DNA of 55,255 nt, counting the filler, from Platydemus manokwari (Eukaryota): NCBI GenBank assembly GCA_037951405.1. It is 4 parts of 4 records of this genome, joined end to end, with 100 filler letters (N's around TTAATTAATTAA, not from the genome) between each part and the next. Parts side by side here need not be neighbours in the genome. Positions count along the whole stretch, not along the records: positions 36,361 to 55,255 come from JBBMOY010122232.1; 3 more parts are not named here. The stretch is one strand, 5' to 3'. This document shows positions 41,000 through 54,030 of the stretch, piece by piece. A program made the position numbers and the translations under genes. The first letter of the stretch is position 1, and each line of letters begins with the position of its first letter. Under the pieces are notes generated by a model. It made no database searches, was not told the DNA's origin, and worked only from the letters and a program-made list of their open reading frames with translations.

Positions 41000-42720
41000 A
41001 ATCATCAATTTCTGCAGCCTCCTCTGAGAGTATCTATGAACACCCTTGTTGTATTTACGTTCTTTCTATTATTCCAACTTTCCTTTGAATCCTGGCTCAC
41101 ATTATCAATATTGTCACTGCAAGCAAATTGACTTAATTTGTTATTTCCTTCTGCTTTTTCTTATTAAATTCCTACTCGCTTGTACAGTGTTATTTTGAGG
41201 TTAGCGTGCTCCAAGTACTCCTACAATGAAGATGTGTTGTTCGACTGACATTCAGGTCTTGCTTTCTTGATATTCTTTTGAATTCCTTCTTCTTTTTCCA
41301 AGTTATTGATGTGCGTGTTTTGAAGAAGAAGATTCATTCATCGAACATTTAATATTAACTCGTAGAATGGTGCTTAATTTTGATTTTAAGTACTGGTATG
41401 CCTATTCCTATGTAAGCTGTGTACTTTTTTTGACTTTTTGTTCACATCTTATTTGAATATGTGTTTAGTATAAAAAAGTTCAATGCGGCTAGTTTAAGCG
41501 GTCTGAGTCAACCTCGTAAAGACATTTTCAACATTGTACTCCTTTCAAATATTTTTTTCAGTGTTGATACTATGCTGATATATGCTTTATAAATGAAATT
41601 AAATTCTTCTATTGATAGTCAAGTAGAGAACATCATTTCTTTTCATATTGGACATAGTACGAAGAGGTATTGTATGTGTCTTCCACTTTCTATTGGTCTT
41701 TTCATTTTACCTTAGCATTTTTCGTAATTCTTTTATCTTTATATGCCATAATAGAATCTTTCTACGAGTCTTTCGTTTTTTTCATGCTTTGAACTAATCG
41801 GAGACCCATCTCATTGTCGATATAAAGGAATTTTACATTATTGTTTTGCTTAATATTTGCTTGTTTTTGTGGCTTCTCATATATCCAAAATCACATCTTG
41901 CTTTTGTCGTAATTTATTTATATTTATTTTAATTTTTGGTCTTTTCAGGCTCTCGCGTTGAAAATTTGATCATTTCATGATTATATTTACAATTTCGAAC
42001 CCGTGAAAAATTGGCTAAATTATACTTTCTTCATTATGCTGTATATTACACATTCTTCTTTTGTTCGTGTGGAGTGTAGGTAGCTGTTAGAACAGATCTT
42101 TAATATCACTAGTATTTTCTTATGAATCCTTAGTAATTTATGTCTATTTCTTTTAGCTTTCTGTATGTTACAAAGTAGTTTTGTTTTAGCCCCAATTATC
42201 TTTAGCGGCCTTCCATGTCGAATTCTGGAACTTCTTTCTCAGTTATTTGAACACAATTTTTGTTTATCTTTTATTTGCTTCAAATCTTGCTGTTCAAGAT
42301 TTCTCCACATTTGAGATGCTTGAATTTGAAACCCTGGCTGTTGTGTTTGTCCTCGTGTGTTGCTGATTATGTTTTGCAGTCTAGTTGTGTTTTTAACTAT
42401 TGTAGTAATGACGTCGGTGTAGGCCAATGTTTTAATTTTATGGTTTATCAATACAGATAGCTTCCTGTCATGTCCGAGATCATAGTGATGAGAACGAGGT
42501 TAATTACTATGTTGAAAAATGATGTTGCCTGTCAAGTAGTGCAATTTCATTTTTTAAAAGTCCCGTTTGCCTTGGTTTAATATATGGAGTTTGTTGTGCT
42601 ATTTATTTGGTACAGCTCTATTCGGTACAATTGTCGGATGAGGACTGAAGAAGTAGATTATTATCATTCATCCACTTTCTCATATGTTAACAAGTAGCTG
42701 CCTTGTAGATTTTGTCGAAT
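41000..42720 (-). mobile_element. Decayed non-LTR retrotransposon (RT and downstream region)
   Basis: KIKTLAYTDVITTIVKNTTRLQNII...GFQIQASQMW corresponds to LINE RT LAYADD...LQ...GLxFNxxK. Surrounding sequence is GC-richer with many stops. Boundaries approximate. Confidence 0.65.
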
Positions 42721-45700
42721 ATGGTGAGTGATCGCTAAGGTTTTTGAATAAAAAAAACCTTTTAGTAATTTAAAATAAGTCTAAATTAAAAGATTAATAG
42801 CAAAAATTAATTATTAAAATTATACAGACCATTGCTTCATGTGCATATTTTTACAATTTTTTTAGTTGAGACTGTTTTAATATACATCCCAATGATAAAT
42901 TTAAAAATATTTAAAATGTCTGGATTTTTATTCACTAATTCCATCACCCGATAACTAACACATGGTATGAATTATCTTCGAAATTTCAACATATATATGT
43001 TAAAAATTAATTTTATTTAAATTATCTTATGTAACATTAAATTTGTAAAATAATAATTATTCATTTTAAAACAGGAAAAGAGGTCCGAAAAATTAAGTTT
43101 TTCATTTTTGAATTCATTTCAAAACTTTTATAAGTTCTTCAATTGTAAATAACTGAACTCCACGAATAAACTAATACCCACAAAAAAAATTTAAAAAATG
43201 TATTATGATATAAAATTTTGCCGATATCATGGTTGTTTAATATTTCCAATCTAAAATAGAAGAAGGTAAATATAAAATTTATGTTTGATATATTACTTAA
43301 TATTTAATTGAAGGTGTATAACTTCATAACTATCATTCATATTATCCATTGGCTACTTTCCGAGCATGAGTTCTTAACAGGACATTGTGAATCACTCAAA
43401 GAGTTTTACCATTTCATGAAATCGAGACATATACAATCATAGTCATAAGATTTTAATCTAAGTTTAGAATATACAGGTTTAAAGTAAATTTTTGTACGAA
43501 ATTTAAAAACAATTTATTTATTTACTCTATATTACATTCTCAATAAAAATCAGGACATAGTAAATTATTATTAACGTTTTTAAAAATATATTACCAAATT
43601 ATAAATGCAGAAAACTTTAAATGATGCATATTTATATTTATGTTCAATCCTTTTTTCAAGATTTTAACAATTCCAGGGAAAATATTTCCGTCTTGTTTTT
43701 AATTAAAACTTCTTTAAAAGTTAGAAGTTGCATTATCAGTTTATAATTTTCATCTATTATGTAAATAAATGGAGTTCAGATAGATCGTGTATTTGAAGAT
43801 GATATTTCGGTTTTTATGTTTCGAATTTCATTTATTAAGTTATTTTATAAAGAGTAAATATCGTTGTTTAAATTTTTAAAACTAACTTAAATCTCGTGTA
43901 ATTAAAATGTGCTTGATGTTGTACAATAAATAATTTATTGAAAATTAAAGATATCAGATAATAAATGGTTCGAAAACTGTAAGATGAAAGCAAAGATTAG
44001 CTAAACCACCAAGTGTATGTGTATACGAACGATACTGTACTTATTTTAATGATCGTAGTACAGGATAATTTGATCTGAGCTATAAAACGGATGTGAATTA
44101 CTGATACGAATTATATAAAAACGAAATTTCTTAAATATATTCACGAGTGATTTATCCTAAAATGAAGGTGTTTCTTGATTTAATAAATTTTTCATGAGGA
44201 GAATATAAATTAAATTTATTACTCTGATGATTGACTCAGTAATTTATGTCTCGTCACAACTAATTTTTGAATTTTTGCCAACTTCTCCATCTGTTAAATA
44301 CTTGTTGATTTCAAGATTCTTGTGAAAGTAAACAAATAAATCCGATTTGGTTGATTGTATAATATGGGCAAAAATTTTGATTTTTATGCTTATGAGAATA
44401 TAATTTGACTTCGGGTGTATTGTTTCTGGTATCTATTTCAGTCGATATTAATCTTCAAAATAATGAAACCGGTAATTAAACTCTGAAATCTGAAAAAAAT
44501 ATCTTAATTATGTACAGAAATTTAAATCTTATTTTAAACAGGACGACGGGTTTTATTATTTTATCAGATTGATATTATATAGTATTTGGAGCACATAATT
44601 TAAAGAAACATTTCTGAATTATTAAATAGGTGCTGATTTTTTATAAGGTAAAGAGGTTTTAGAACACCTTAAGATAAAAACTTTTCAAAGATATGACTTT
44701 CAGTAAAAAATATTTTTACGAATTGAATTCCGGAGAAATTTACACGGCAGTAATATTTTTCAACAAAAAATTCATGAAAACATCATTTTATAAAAGTAAT
44801 TATAAAAATTTAATCTTTTTATCGGATAATCAGACATACTTTTTAAGTAATTTCAATTTTAAATTAATCGCGATAAAAAAACTATTAAAAAAATTGAAAA
44901 ACAAAATGTCGTAATAAGCTTTTAAATCATCACAGATTTCTCTCATCATTTATTTTTAAATTAAGGCTTTTAATTTAAGAATCGAATAAAGATAATTTTC
45001 GCATTTTCTCTCCCAGGTCATTCGATTAACATGTGATAATAAATAATTTTATTGAAATTTTAGAAATTGAAGGCATAATTTCATTTAATGAAAGGTTTTT
45101 TGATATCCAATTATTTTCTTATCTACACCTCTTCATCCATTACTCAAATTGGAGACTTGCAATCATATATATTCCGTTAAAAAATATTTTTGAAATCTGT
45201 GATTTTCTCGATATTATCTTGATTTTCAATATTTTTAAAATTATAAAAAATGAAATTTAAACCTACAAGATTATTATTAAAATTAGAAAATTGATTTATC
45301 GTAAAATTTATCTCATCAATTAATACAATTATTCTACAATTAATTATTTTTTTTATCTTTGAATTTCTAACTGAAATCGGTTGTAAGATTTTTCAAACTG
45401 AATACTCGATGATTTTGTAGCGTTCAATTTTCCTGAAAGTTTTAAAACCTTAATCTAAGAATAGTTTCCAAAACTAGTTTCGAAAGATGTTTAATGAAAA
45501 TTTAATTATTAAATCCCATAAAAACATTCAGGCAAAGTGAAAATGTAAACCAAAAAAGAAAACAATCCAAAAATCGAAATAAAAAAATTATTTAAACTGT
45601 CTATTTATCTTTGCCCAGCCCGGCATAATCAATAGCAAACCTAATAATGGTGTCATAAATTATAAACAATCAAACCGAACAAAGAACACACAAAATTGCA

Positions 45701-45781
45701 AAAAACATTATAAAGATCGAAATAAGAATGTGTTCTAGCTATCAGAAACAATCAACTATAACCGATGATCATGTATGCACA

Positions 45782-45790
45782 TTAGTCGAC
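45782..45790 (-). CDS. Candidate terminal coding exon of the Slp-like gene (VD-stop)
   Basis: Strong acceptor ttttacttttcttttcag followed by GTC GAC TAA, in phase 0 with the 47566 donor. Confidence 0.4.
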   Translation of the reverse strand, partial: VD

Positions 45791-46815
45791 CTGAAAAGAA
45801 AAGTAAAAACCAACTGCTCAATAAGTAGTTTGCACTTTGTGACATTTTATTTCTTCGCTACATTATTTTATTTTTAAAACGCAGAAATACTTGTTACAGA
45901 TAAATTTATCATTGAAAACAAACAATGAATCTCCTATTAATCATGGTAGGTTTTGAATCGTATTGTTCGCCACAACTGCAAATTCTAACATTCCCTCATA
46001 TTTTTGATTCTCTAAACAAGTGATTATTCAAGTAACTTTATTTCTAATTCAAGGATGTTTTCGTACTCATGTAACCCTTTATTAATTTAAATCAAAAATT
46101 TCTCATATTATCCTATCTGTTATTTAGTTATGCATGCATGAACACGATCCAATCGAATCGCTAAATAAAGAAGAGCGAAATCATTTAAACGAAATTAAGC
46201 ACACAAAGATGAAGGCCACTAATGTTTGTTTCGATTAGGGAATTGGATGCTCTAAAAATGCACACACCTCATTAGAATATTTAATAACTTTTAAGAATTT
46301 TTTATCAATAAGGAGCAAACATTAGTTGCTGTAAAACGAAGATACACAATTTATCTTCCACCATGCTTGAACAATTCATTAAAAACCCATAAACTATAAT
46401 TAGTGTTGACAATTATTATTTTCTGATTGAAAAACCACAAATTTAAATAAATGTCCGGCTTTTTCTTTAAAAATAACAATAAAAAATATTACACAATATT
46501 TTTATAAAACATTTTTGTATCCTTATAGTTTATAAGATTAACGTCACTCATAGCATCTTCAAGTATGCTGCTATTTCATTACATATGCATTGAAAACAAA
46601 TCTTAGAAGGTCTGTTTATACAAAAATATTAAAATAAATTATTCAAAGGCACTTTCAATGATTGATTTTTCCTAAAAAGATCATAAATACAGTATAAAAT
46701 TTTAAAAACCTTCACACCAGTAATGGTAAAGCTATAAAATTGTTAATATTCCAATTATTCGTTTATGTTCGAATAAATAACACATTTATTAGTTGATTAT
46801 AACACTTCAGAGAAA

Positions 46816-47386
46816 GGCTAAAGTTAAGAAAATGGATTCTAAAATAAAATTTTTAATTTGTTTAATGTATTTCAAAAATCTATATAATTTCTTTAATTAT
46901 ATTATTTAAAATCGTTTTGAATCTTTTATTTAAGTACTTAAGAATTTTAGTAATCTGATATCAAATTTTAAATAGACTAGAGCTTGAAAATATCTTAAAA
47001 TTCGATTATTTGAAAAACGGATCAAATTAGATCAAATTGCAATTTATTGAAAATTAGCGGGGACTCATCTTTTAATATTAGAAGCAAATTAAGAGAAACT
47101 TTAAATTTTTACAATTATTTTATAAAAATTAGCAATGATAATATTACAGATGTCTGCAGTAATTTAATTAAATAATCGTCCAGAAGTTTTGGGATTAGAA
47201 TGGGAACTTTGTTTTAGAACTATGTTTTATCACTATATGATATCCTAAAATGTGAAATATTAAATGAATTATACGAATAAATAAAACATCACAATCATCT
47301 ATAAAATTAATTCATAAAATTATCTCATGCGCGAAAATACATTATTACGAAATAAGGTCAAAAAACCCCTTTTCTTAAGTTAAGCC
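46816..47386 (-). mobile_element. MITE, GG-terminal family, copy 2
   Basis: TIRs GGCTAAAGTTAAGAAAATGG and CCCTTTTCTTAAGTTAAGCC (17/20 match). Homologous to 33074-33504; a further end fragment lies near 8157. Confidence 0.7.
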
Positions 47387-47565
47387 ACAACTTTTATTGA
47401 TGCTGCTGAAATCATATTCATATAATGCGCTTAGGTTGATCATTACGTGGCATATTCTATGACTAATATATCGATTAAAATATAATCTCGTGTATTATTG
47501 GATATAAATTTTAATTTTAAATATAAATCAATAAGTGAAAACGAAACAATAATTCTAGTAATAAC

Positions 47566-47833
47566 CTTATCAGTTAGTTTATACCACTTTGGAGATGCAT
47601 CATCCAAGGAAAGAGAATTTAATTTCAAATGAGTCTGTCCTAGAAATACATCTTTTCCAAGTCGTTCACAGTGCCACACCGTGATTAATACCGTTCTGGC
47701 AATAACATCATCATATTTGATGTGCTTGTATTTGCAATGTTCATTGAATTCGGGATTCAAATTTGAATTTTGGACTTTAGTTTTATGAACTTTTTCATTT
47801 GGTAATTGAGGTAGAAGATGGACTTTAACATAT
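47566..47833 (-). CDS. Synaptotagmin-like protein (Slp/granuphilin/bitesize-like), C2A exon 2
   Basis: YVKVHLLP...HKTKVQNSNLNPEFNE...RTVLITVWHCERLGKDVFLGQ...WYKL matches the Slp C2A. ttcag acceptor completes SSNP in phase 2; AAG|gt donor. Confidence 0.88.
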
Positions 47834-48944
47834 CTGAATGAAAAATCATGGGATTTTCAATGTTTATTTTTTATTAAAATAATACAGCAAATTATGTTAT
47901 CATGATTTGAAGAGATGACAATGTTCAGAGATTGACAATCACGACACGCATTCCTCGAAGGTATTTCTATTTATGAAATCGTCTTTTAATAATTCATTCA
48001 TTGGTAGATTCAATCCCGTAATTATTTCACTCACATTGTCATTTCCATTCCATACCATAATATCATTCTCGATAACTTGTTATTGAAATCATCAAAAGAT
48101 GACGTATTCAGATATTATGCAATTATCGATGAAATATCATTTATGAAAAAACATTAAAAGAAAACAAAACAACAAATTCCAATACGTATCAATTTTACGA
48201 GACCGTCTATTATTCTGATGATTTAATGAATTGAACAATGAGCCGCACTTGAATATCATCCAGATAAATACGTGAGAAACAACGGAAGATAAAATGGATA
48301 ATAAACCATAATTTGAAAACAAAGCAGATTGAGTTTTGAAAACTATAGCAACAATAATTCACTGAAATTGAGGTCGCGGAAATTCGATTATTAAATTTTA
48401 TCTTGCTGTACAAAGCCGATTCAGAAATTTGATCTGACAATTAAGAGAAAATCCACCACACAATAGTTTGCCTTTATCAAATGATATATATTGATTTTTC
48501 GATACGTAAAACATTGTTTTATCTCATTGTACTGAAACGTTGCGATTTCTGTTCGTGATATCATTGAATATATCAGAAACAATTCATTCAAGAGAATAAC
48601 TCCAAACCGATTTGATACAAATCGAAATTGTTTTGGCCCTATTATATTCGACTAGGAACTTTTTTATTTTGGTTCCAGAAATATCTCACATCGAGTTCGT
48701 ATTTTGAAAATATATTCGGAATATATTCGACAGATCTCATCTCGAAATATTCAATTTGATTTTACATTAAATCTCTTATTTATTTTCCATATCGAAATCA
48801 TACGACAACATGCCAACGTTGGTATGTTTTTTGTCATTATTGATAAAATCGAGTCACAATTCATGCTTGATAAATAATAATATGAGGATAAATATTAGAT
48901 TTCTCAAATAACATTTTTATATATGAATTTAATAGATTTGATAG

Positions 48945-49044
48945 TTCGATTTTATATCACAGTTTGTTTAAATAATTGTCGTTAAATATAATTTTGTGTC
49001 TTTCTTTTTCAGCTCGTGCTTTGTAAAATAGTAGCCGCTTACTA
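48945..49044 (+). repeat. LTR 3'-end fragment of the TRIM-like family (copy C)
   Basis: TTGTTTAAAATAATTGTCGTTAAATATAATTT...TAAAATAGTAGCCGCTTACTA is similar to 53670-53763. Confidence 0.55.
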
Positions 49045-49325
49045 TGATAATGCCGAGCTAATTGACGAGAGGAATGAACGAGTTAAAAATTATTGTTATC
49101 CAAATACCTTATTTCTTGGAATCAAAAGTACCCCCAATATGACAACAGCATCCATTACCAGTGCCATGAATAAACACTGACAAGATCTATTAAAATGATC
49201 AAAATTTTCTATTTCATTTAATTTCGATCTCAAAGTTCATTTCGGACAAAAGGTTTCGTTTTTTTACGTCTATGAAATCTCATCAAAAGATTTAAATCAT
49301 TAATTTGTGAAAATCGCTTGTGCCG

Positions 49326-50260
49326 TTATACTAAAAGTGTTAGCAAACCATAACAGAGTCCAAATACGGTCTCCATCAACTTCAATGACATTCTGGAAGT
49401 GACGTGTAAAAATTTTAAACTCGCTTTTGAGCTTGGTCTCCGATGTTGACTCAAAATATTGGCGAAAATCGTTGCTTTTTTTTTACGTCGGTAGCGTTCG
49501 TAGTTTCTGAAGATAAAGCAATCAGTGATGTTTGTGCTGTTTGAATAGGCCTGCTGTTTTAATAGAGACATGCGATATTCTTCAAGCCAAAGTCGAATTA
49601 ACTGTGGTGCATGTGATCTGATATTGTCATGCTGAATGACCATTACCCAAGCAGGTAGTTTTGCATGAAAGTTTAAAATCATATTGTGCAGAAATTGTAG
49701 ATATCTCTCCGTGTTAATTAATCCACCATCATGAAGAATTTCAAAATACATGAATGATTTTGCATAGTTTTTGGCAACAACAATCAGAACTTTGCGATCA
49801 GATATTGTCAGTCTAGAAATAGTTGGACGATCATCTGTGCCATCCACCCAAACACGGTTGCATTCTTTTGGAGATACGACTCGAAGGTGATTCCATTTTT
49901 TATCGATCCCAATGATCTTTTCCTTAGCCCTTTTTGCCAAATAAAGATTCAACATTTCTTGAAAACAAGTGACTCTGATTCTCTTCTTATTATCCGTCAG
50001 AATGTGAGAAACCATTTGCTGCAAAGTCACTTCTTTCCAAAATCTTTTACAATATGTGGCAAACGAATTTTTATTGATCTTATTTTGTGAAAGCATAAAC
50101 CGAAATATAAATCGATGCAAAATCCAATGTACATTTTTAATTGGGAAACATCGATACATCTAATACGATCAAGCAAAACAACTTTGATTCCAATATTGAT
50201 TAATGAATATCTCATTAAAAATTGTAAATCATCATGAAAATTTTCCGGATTAACCAACCC
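49326..50260 (-). mobile_element. Mariner-type (DD34D) transposase, degenerate, inside the Slp intron
   Basis: MVSHILT (WVPHELT-like), IIGIDKKW (first D), QHDN (second D), AYSNSTNITD (YSPDL-like, third D), with 34 residues between the second and third D. N-terminus frameshifted; TIRs not found. Confidence 0.85.
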
Positions 50261-50799
50261 AAAAATAAGTAATTAAATTTTTAAAATCCATAAAAGTAAC
50301 TTTATTGCTTGTTTTTTGACAAAACTATTTTAAAGTCATTATAATCGGCCTGATTATTGGAGAACAAAAGATTTCTCCTAATCAATTCGTAACAGTTTAA
50401 CGAAATGGAATTTATTTCATCGAGTTATTGCCAGTTGGTATTGCGTTCAAAAAATTTGCCCGATTCAACCCACAAGTCAATGAAATAAAATTAATTAATT
50501 TTATCTCTATTGTTAATAACAGATTTGTGTAACTCATCCAATCAATATTTGTAATCTTTTCTTTGGGTATTGATTCCTTTCAAAACACAAAATTCATTGA
50601 TGAATCCCATGTCAGCTATAAGTGAAACAAGTACGGATATCTACGCGGAAAGAACACTCTGAAATCATAATCTCGTTGTTAGTAGTAACTAATTTGCTTA
50701 AAATTGAATATTAGACCACTGGTTAAATTCAATTTCGTCATTATTGTTTAAATATGCTAAAATTAATATAAATAAACTCGCTACATTATTAAACATGAG

Positions 50800-50861
50800 T
50801 TCCTCGGGCCAGAAAAATGTTTCCGTGAGATCCTCTCCAGTAAAAAGGTTGAAAACCTCTG
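50800..50861. mobile_element. hAT-Charlie-like right end fragment
   Basis: AAAAAGGTTGAAAACCTCTG followed by ATTTAGA, similar to the right end at 18490-18507. Confidence 0.4.
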
Positions 50862-51491
50862 ATTTAGACGATCTTCTTATCTTTTATTATATTTTTTATT
50901 AAAATTTTTATTTTAAATTATTATTATTAGTTTCTTTAAATTTTCCTCACACTCGTAAAAATACGTGGAAATATGAGACCCAATGTTCAATAATAACATG
51001 AATAACAATGTCCTTTCTACTTTCAGTTTAGGTATCCATTTCAACGGGCCTAACACAAAGAGATGAAAATGGTCTTTTGAAGAGAAAAGAGAAATGATGT
51101 TATCTGTTGAAGATATAGTTCCTATTTTGTTCTTTTGTCTCACTCTAAACGAATCGAGCACTGAAGGTTCCCTCTTCCGCTACTGTATTTTCGCGGATTA
51201 TTGGCTGAAAATCAATACATGAAATAATTGATACATTGATGAAAAAGCTGAAAGGCTGGGGGACTTAAAGGAACAAATAATTCATCAATTAACTTTAAAA
51301 CAGTTTCGATTTGATCTAAAAAAATTTTGATTTGTACTATTGAATTTTTTAGAAATCTCAAAAAATTCTATGATTTTCATTTCGTCTTTAAGTGGTAACG
51401 TCGTGTAATACCTGAAAACCTTAGAATTAATAGAACAATTTATAGAAATAATTTTAATATAATAAGGTTCAATGAAAAATGCCAAACTCAC

Positions 51492-51670
51492 GGATTGGAT
51501 GATTTTTGATTTGGAATGGCAACTTCAAGATCTTTGGCCTTTTTTATGATCACTCGAAATTCTTCGATATTGTAATTATACGAAACACCAATCATTACTT
51601 CGCCACCTCGAATTTGACTGGATTCTTCATAATCCATCAAATTGAGTGTTCCCGACGAATCTACCCTTGC
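51492..51670 (-). CDS. Slp-like protein, C2A exon 1
   Basis: ARVDSSGTLNLMDYEESSQIRGGEVMIGVSYNYNIEEFRVIIKKAKDLEVAIPNQKSSNP; catag acceptor, CC|gtgagt donor. Confidence 0.85.
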
Positions 51671-51723
51671 CTATGGTGAAAGGAAAGCAATGAACAGGGA
51701 AAATTAGTTTAACAAAAATATAC

Positions 51724-51807
51724 CATTGATACCGAATCAGATTCATGCTTATTACTGGCAGTTTTTGAACGTTCCAAACTCAATTCTGATTTGGATTTTA
51801 CCAAACT
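51724..51807 (-). CDS. Slp-like protein, linker exon
   Basis: SLVKSKSELSLERSKTASNKHESDSVSM, phase 0 at both ends, 53-nt downstream intron. Confidence 0.65.
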
Positions 51808-53395
51808 CTACAATCGTAAGCAATGTCTATAAACAGTAATATGATAAACCTTCATAAATTATTTCTATAATAAAGCTGTATATGAAGTTGGTATTGATTT
51901 AAACGCCTCTATAGAGAGAGCTTTTTAATCTAGAGCTATTTAATAAAGTTTTGAGATAAAAATTAACTTTGAAATATTCTATCCCATTAATATTTACACT
52001 TTCTACAACATTTATTGATGTTTTTTAAAAATTTTTACAGAAAATTATTTGAACATAAATCAATATTATTTCTTTATCTATATATTTCAGCTTCTACGTT
52101 ACAACCAAATGAGAAGCTATAAAAATGAATCAGTAAGAATAGAGGAAATATATTGTATGTATATAATTTGTGGATTGAAGTTAACTGAAACCACATCGGG
52201 ACCAACACATCTTGTTCTCATTCAGCAGCTGCTCCATGAATGGAAAGTCACACGCAATATATTCGAATATGTCAAGAATTATATTTATTACAGCGTAAAT
52301 ATTGACTTAATGACGAAAATTCGACTGAGAAATTGCAGAAATGGACGATTTTTCATTTGTTTCATGTGGTTTAGAAAAAAATTGAAAACACATTTATTTA
52401 ACTCATGTTAGGAACTGGATTCCGGGAAATTCATTGTGATCTTTCACAGCACCGCTTCATGTAGCTTAAAATATCTAATACTGGCTTTCCCACTAATTCA
52501 TAAAACCAATCAATAGGGAAATAATATGAAGGACTGTTGATAAGATAAAAGATCTGTAACTTTATCAAGAATCGATTGCATTTAGATGTGACACAATTAT
52601 AAAATCTATTAAAATATATTGTGGCTGATGAAATGATTTAGAAATTTAATGGATCTACATTTACCACTATTGATGACAATCACGCGATTGGTGGGAAAAT
52701 TTCTGCCTTTGAATTATATCTACTCTGTTTACATCAATACCATCTCATTTGAATTTATTTTAAAGATCTGAGAATTTCGAAGAGGAAAATCTCAATATAT
52801 GTTTATTGAAATATTTATTTATCAATTAATTTTTCTGTGGGAGTTGAAATGAATTTTGTCGAAACCTATATCACAAAATATTGATGTATCTCAAAATAAT
52901 TCGATTTTTGGGTTTCACTCATTTTTATTTGGGTTTTTAATTTTCTCTTACTGGTATTGGCTAATGTTTTGTATTATGTCATCATATGGCCATGAATTTC
53001 ATCCAATTAAATTCCAGGTTCAATTCTGACTCATTGATATGCAAGCTAATGCGGTCATAATATATGCATAGGCGCAATCAGCGCAAACAACAGTCATTGG
53101 GTACCAATGATCGTTATTTTGCTACCAGATTCTTCTACACTCAACAATATTATCGATTAATATATTTGGGTGACTACACAATTATGTTATCATTTGAATT
53201 CTATTGAATATAACATCATAAACCATCATATTTATCATTACAATAGAAAATTAACTGTTAATACTAAAATTAATCGATATTGGAAGTGCCTTCAAATAAA
53301 TTCTTAAACATCACCGATTTTTAACTCGATAAACATCTTAGTGAAATCAAATTTCGAAAAAGTATTAAAAATAAATGAATTCATTCTGGACTCAC

Positions 53396-53460
53396 CATTG
53401 TTTCTGATTTTCTTTTGTTGAGAAGCTTCTTGAAGAGAGACAGGTTCGATGTAGATGATT
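53396..53460 (-). CDS. Slp-like protein, upstream linker exon
   Basis: atcag acceptor, (x)SSTSNLSLFKKLLNKRKSETM, ATG|gtgagt donor in phase 0 with the next exon. Confidence 0.55.
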
Positions 53461-53639
53461 CTGATAAATAATAGACCATATTTTAAAATATATGGAAATC
53501 AATCCAAGATAAATGTTTAAAATTGAATAACTAAAATCTAAAGTGACGTCAGAAGTGATTTTATCAATTTTACGAATGGTTTATTTTATTTATTATTTTA
53601 TACCTTTGACTACAATAAATTTTTATCATTATTATTTCG

Positions 53640-54030
53640 AGAATTTAATTTTGTATAAAATCAGATTATTTTGTTTAAATAATTGCGTTTAAAAATATAA
53701 TTTGATATCGTGACTTTTTAGTTCGTTTTAAATGCTTGTTTCATAAAATAGTAGCGGATTACATGGTGACCACGTAGCTGGATTCGATTCTGAGAATATT
53801 GATGACTGAAAATTATGGAAAATAAACAGGAAGATGTTGAGATTGTATGGCGAATATATGAAGAAGATTCAGAAAAGATGTAGGTGAAGATATAAAGAAG
53901 AGATAGAGAAGATGGAACAAAGATAGAAGAATTAAAGATTGTTACCTAGAGTATTCAATACAATGCCAATCAAGACTATAAAGAAAATCAAAGATTTTAA
54001 AGAAACGGGGATGTAGTAACGGCTTGCAAA
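53640..54030 (+). mobile_element. TRIM-like LTR element copy B: LTR end, PBS, 248-bp internal region, PPT, LTR start
   Basis: ...GGATTACA|TGGTGACCACG (PBS at 53764), purine-rich interior, AAAGAAACGGGGA|TGTAGTAACGGCT (LTR start at 54012). Confidence 0.65.
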
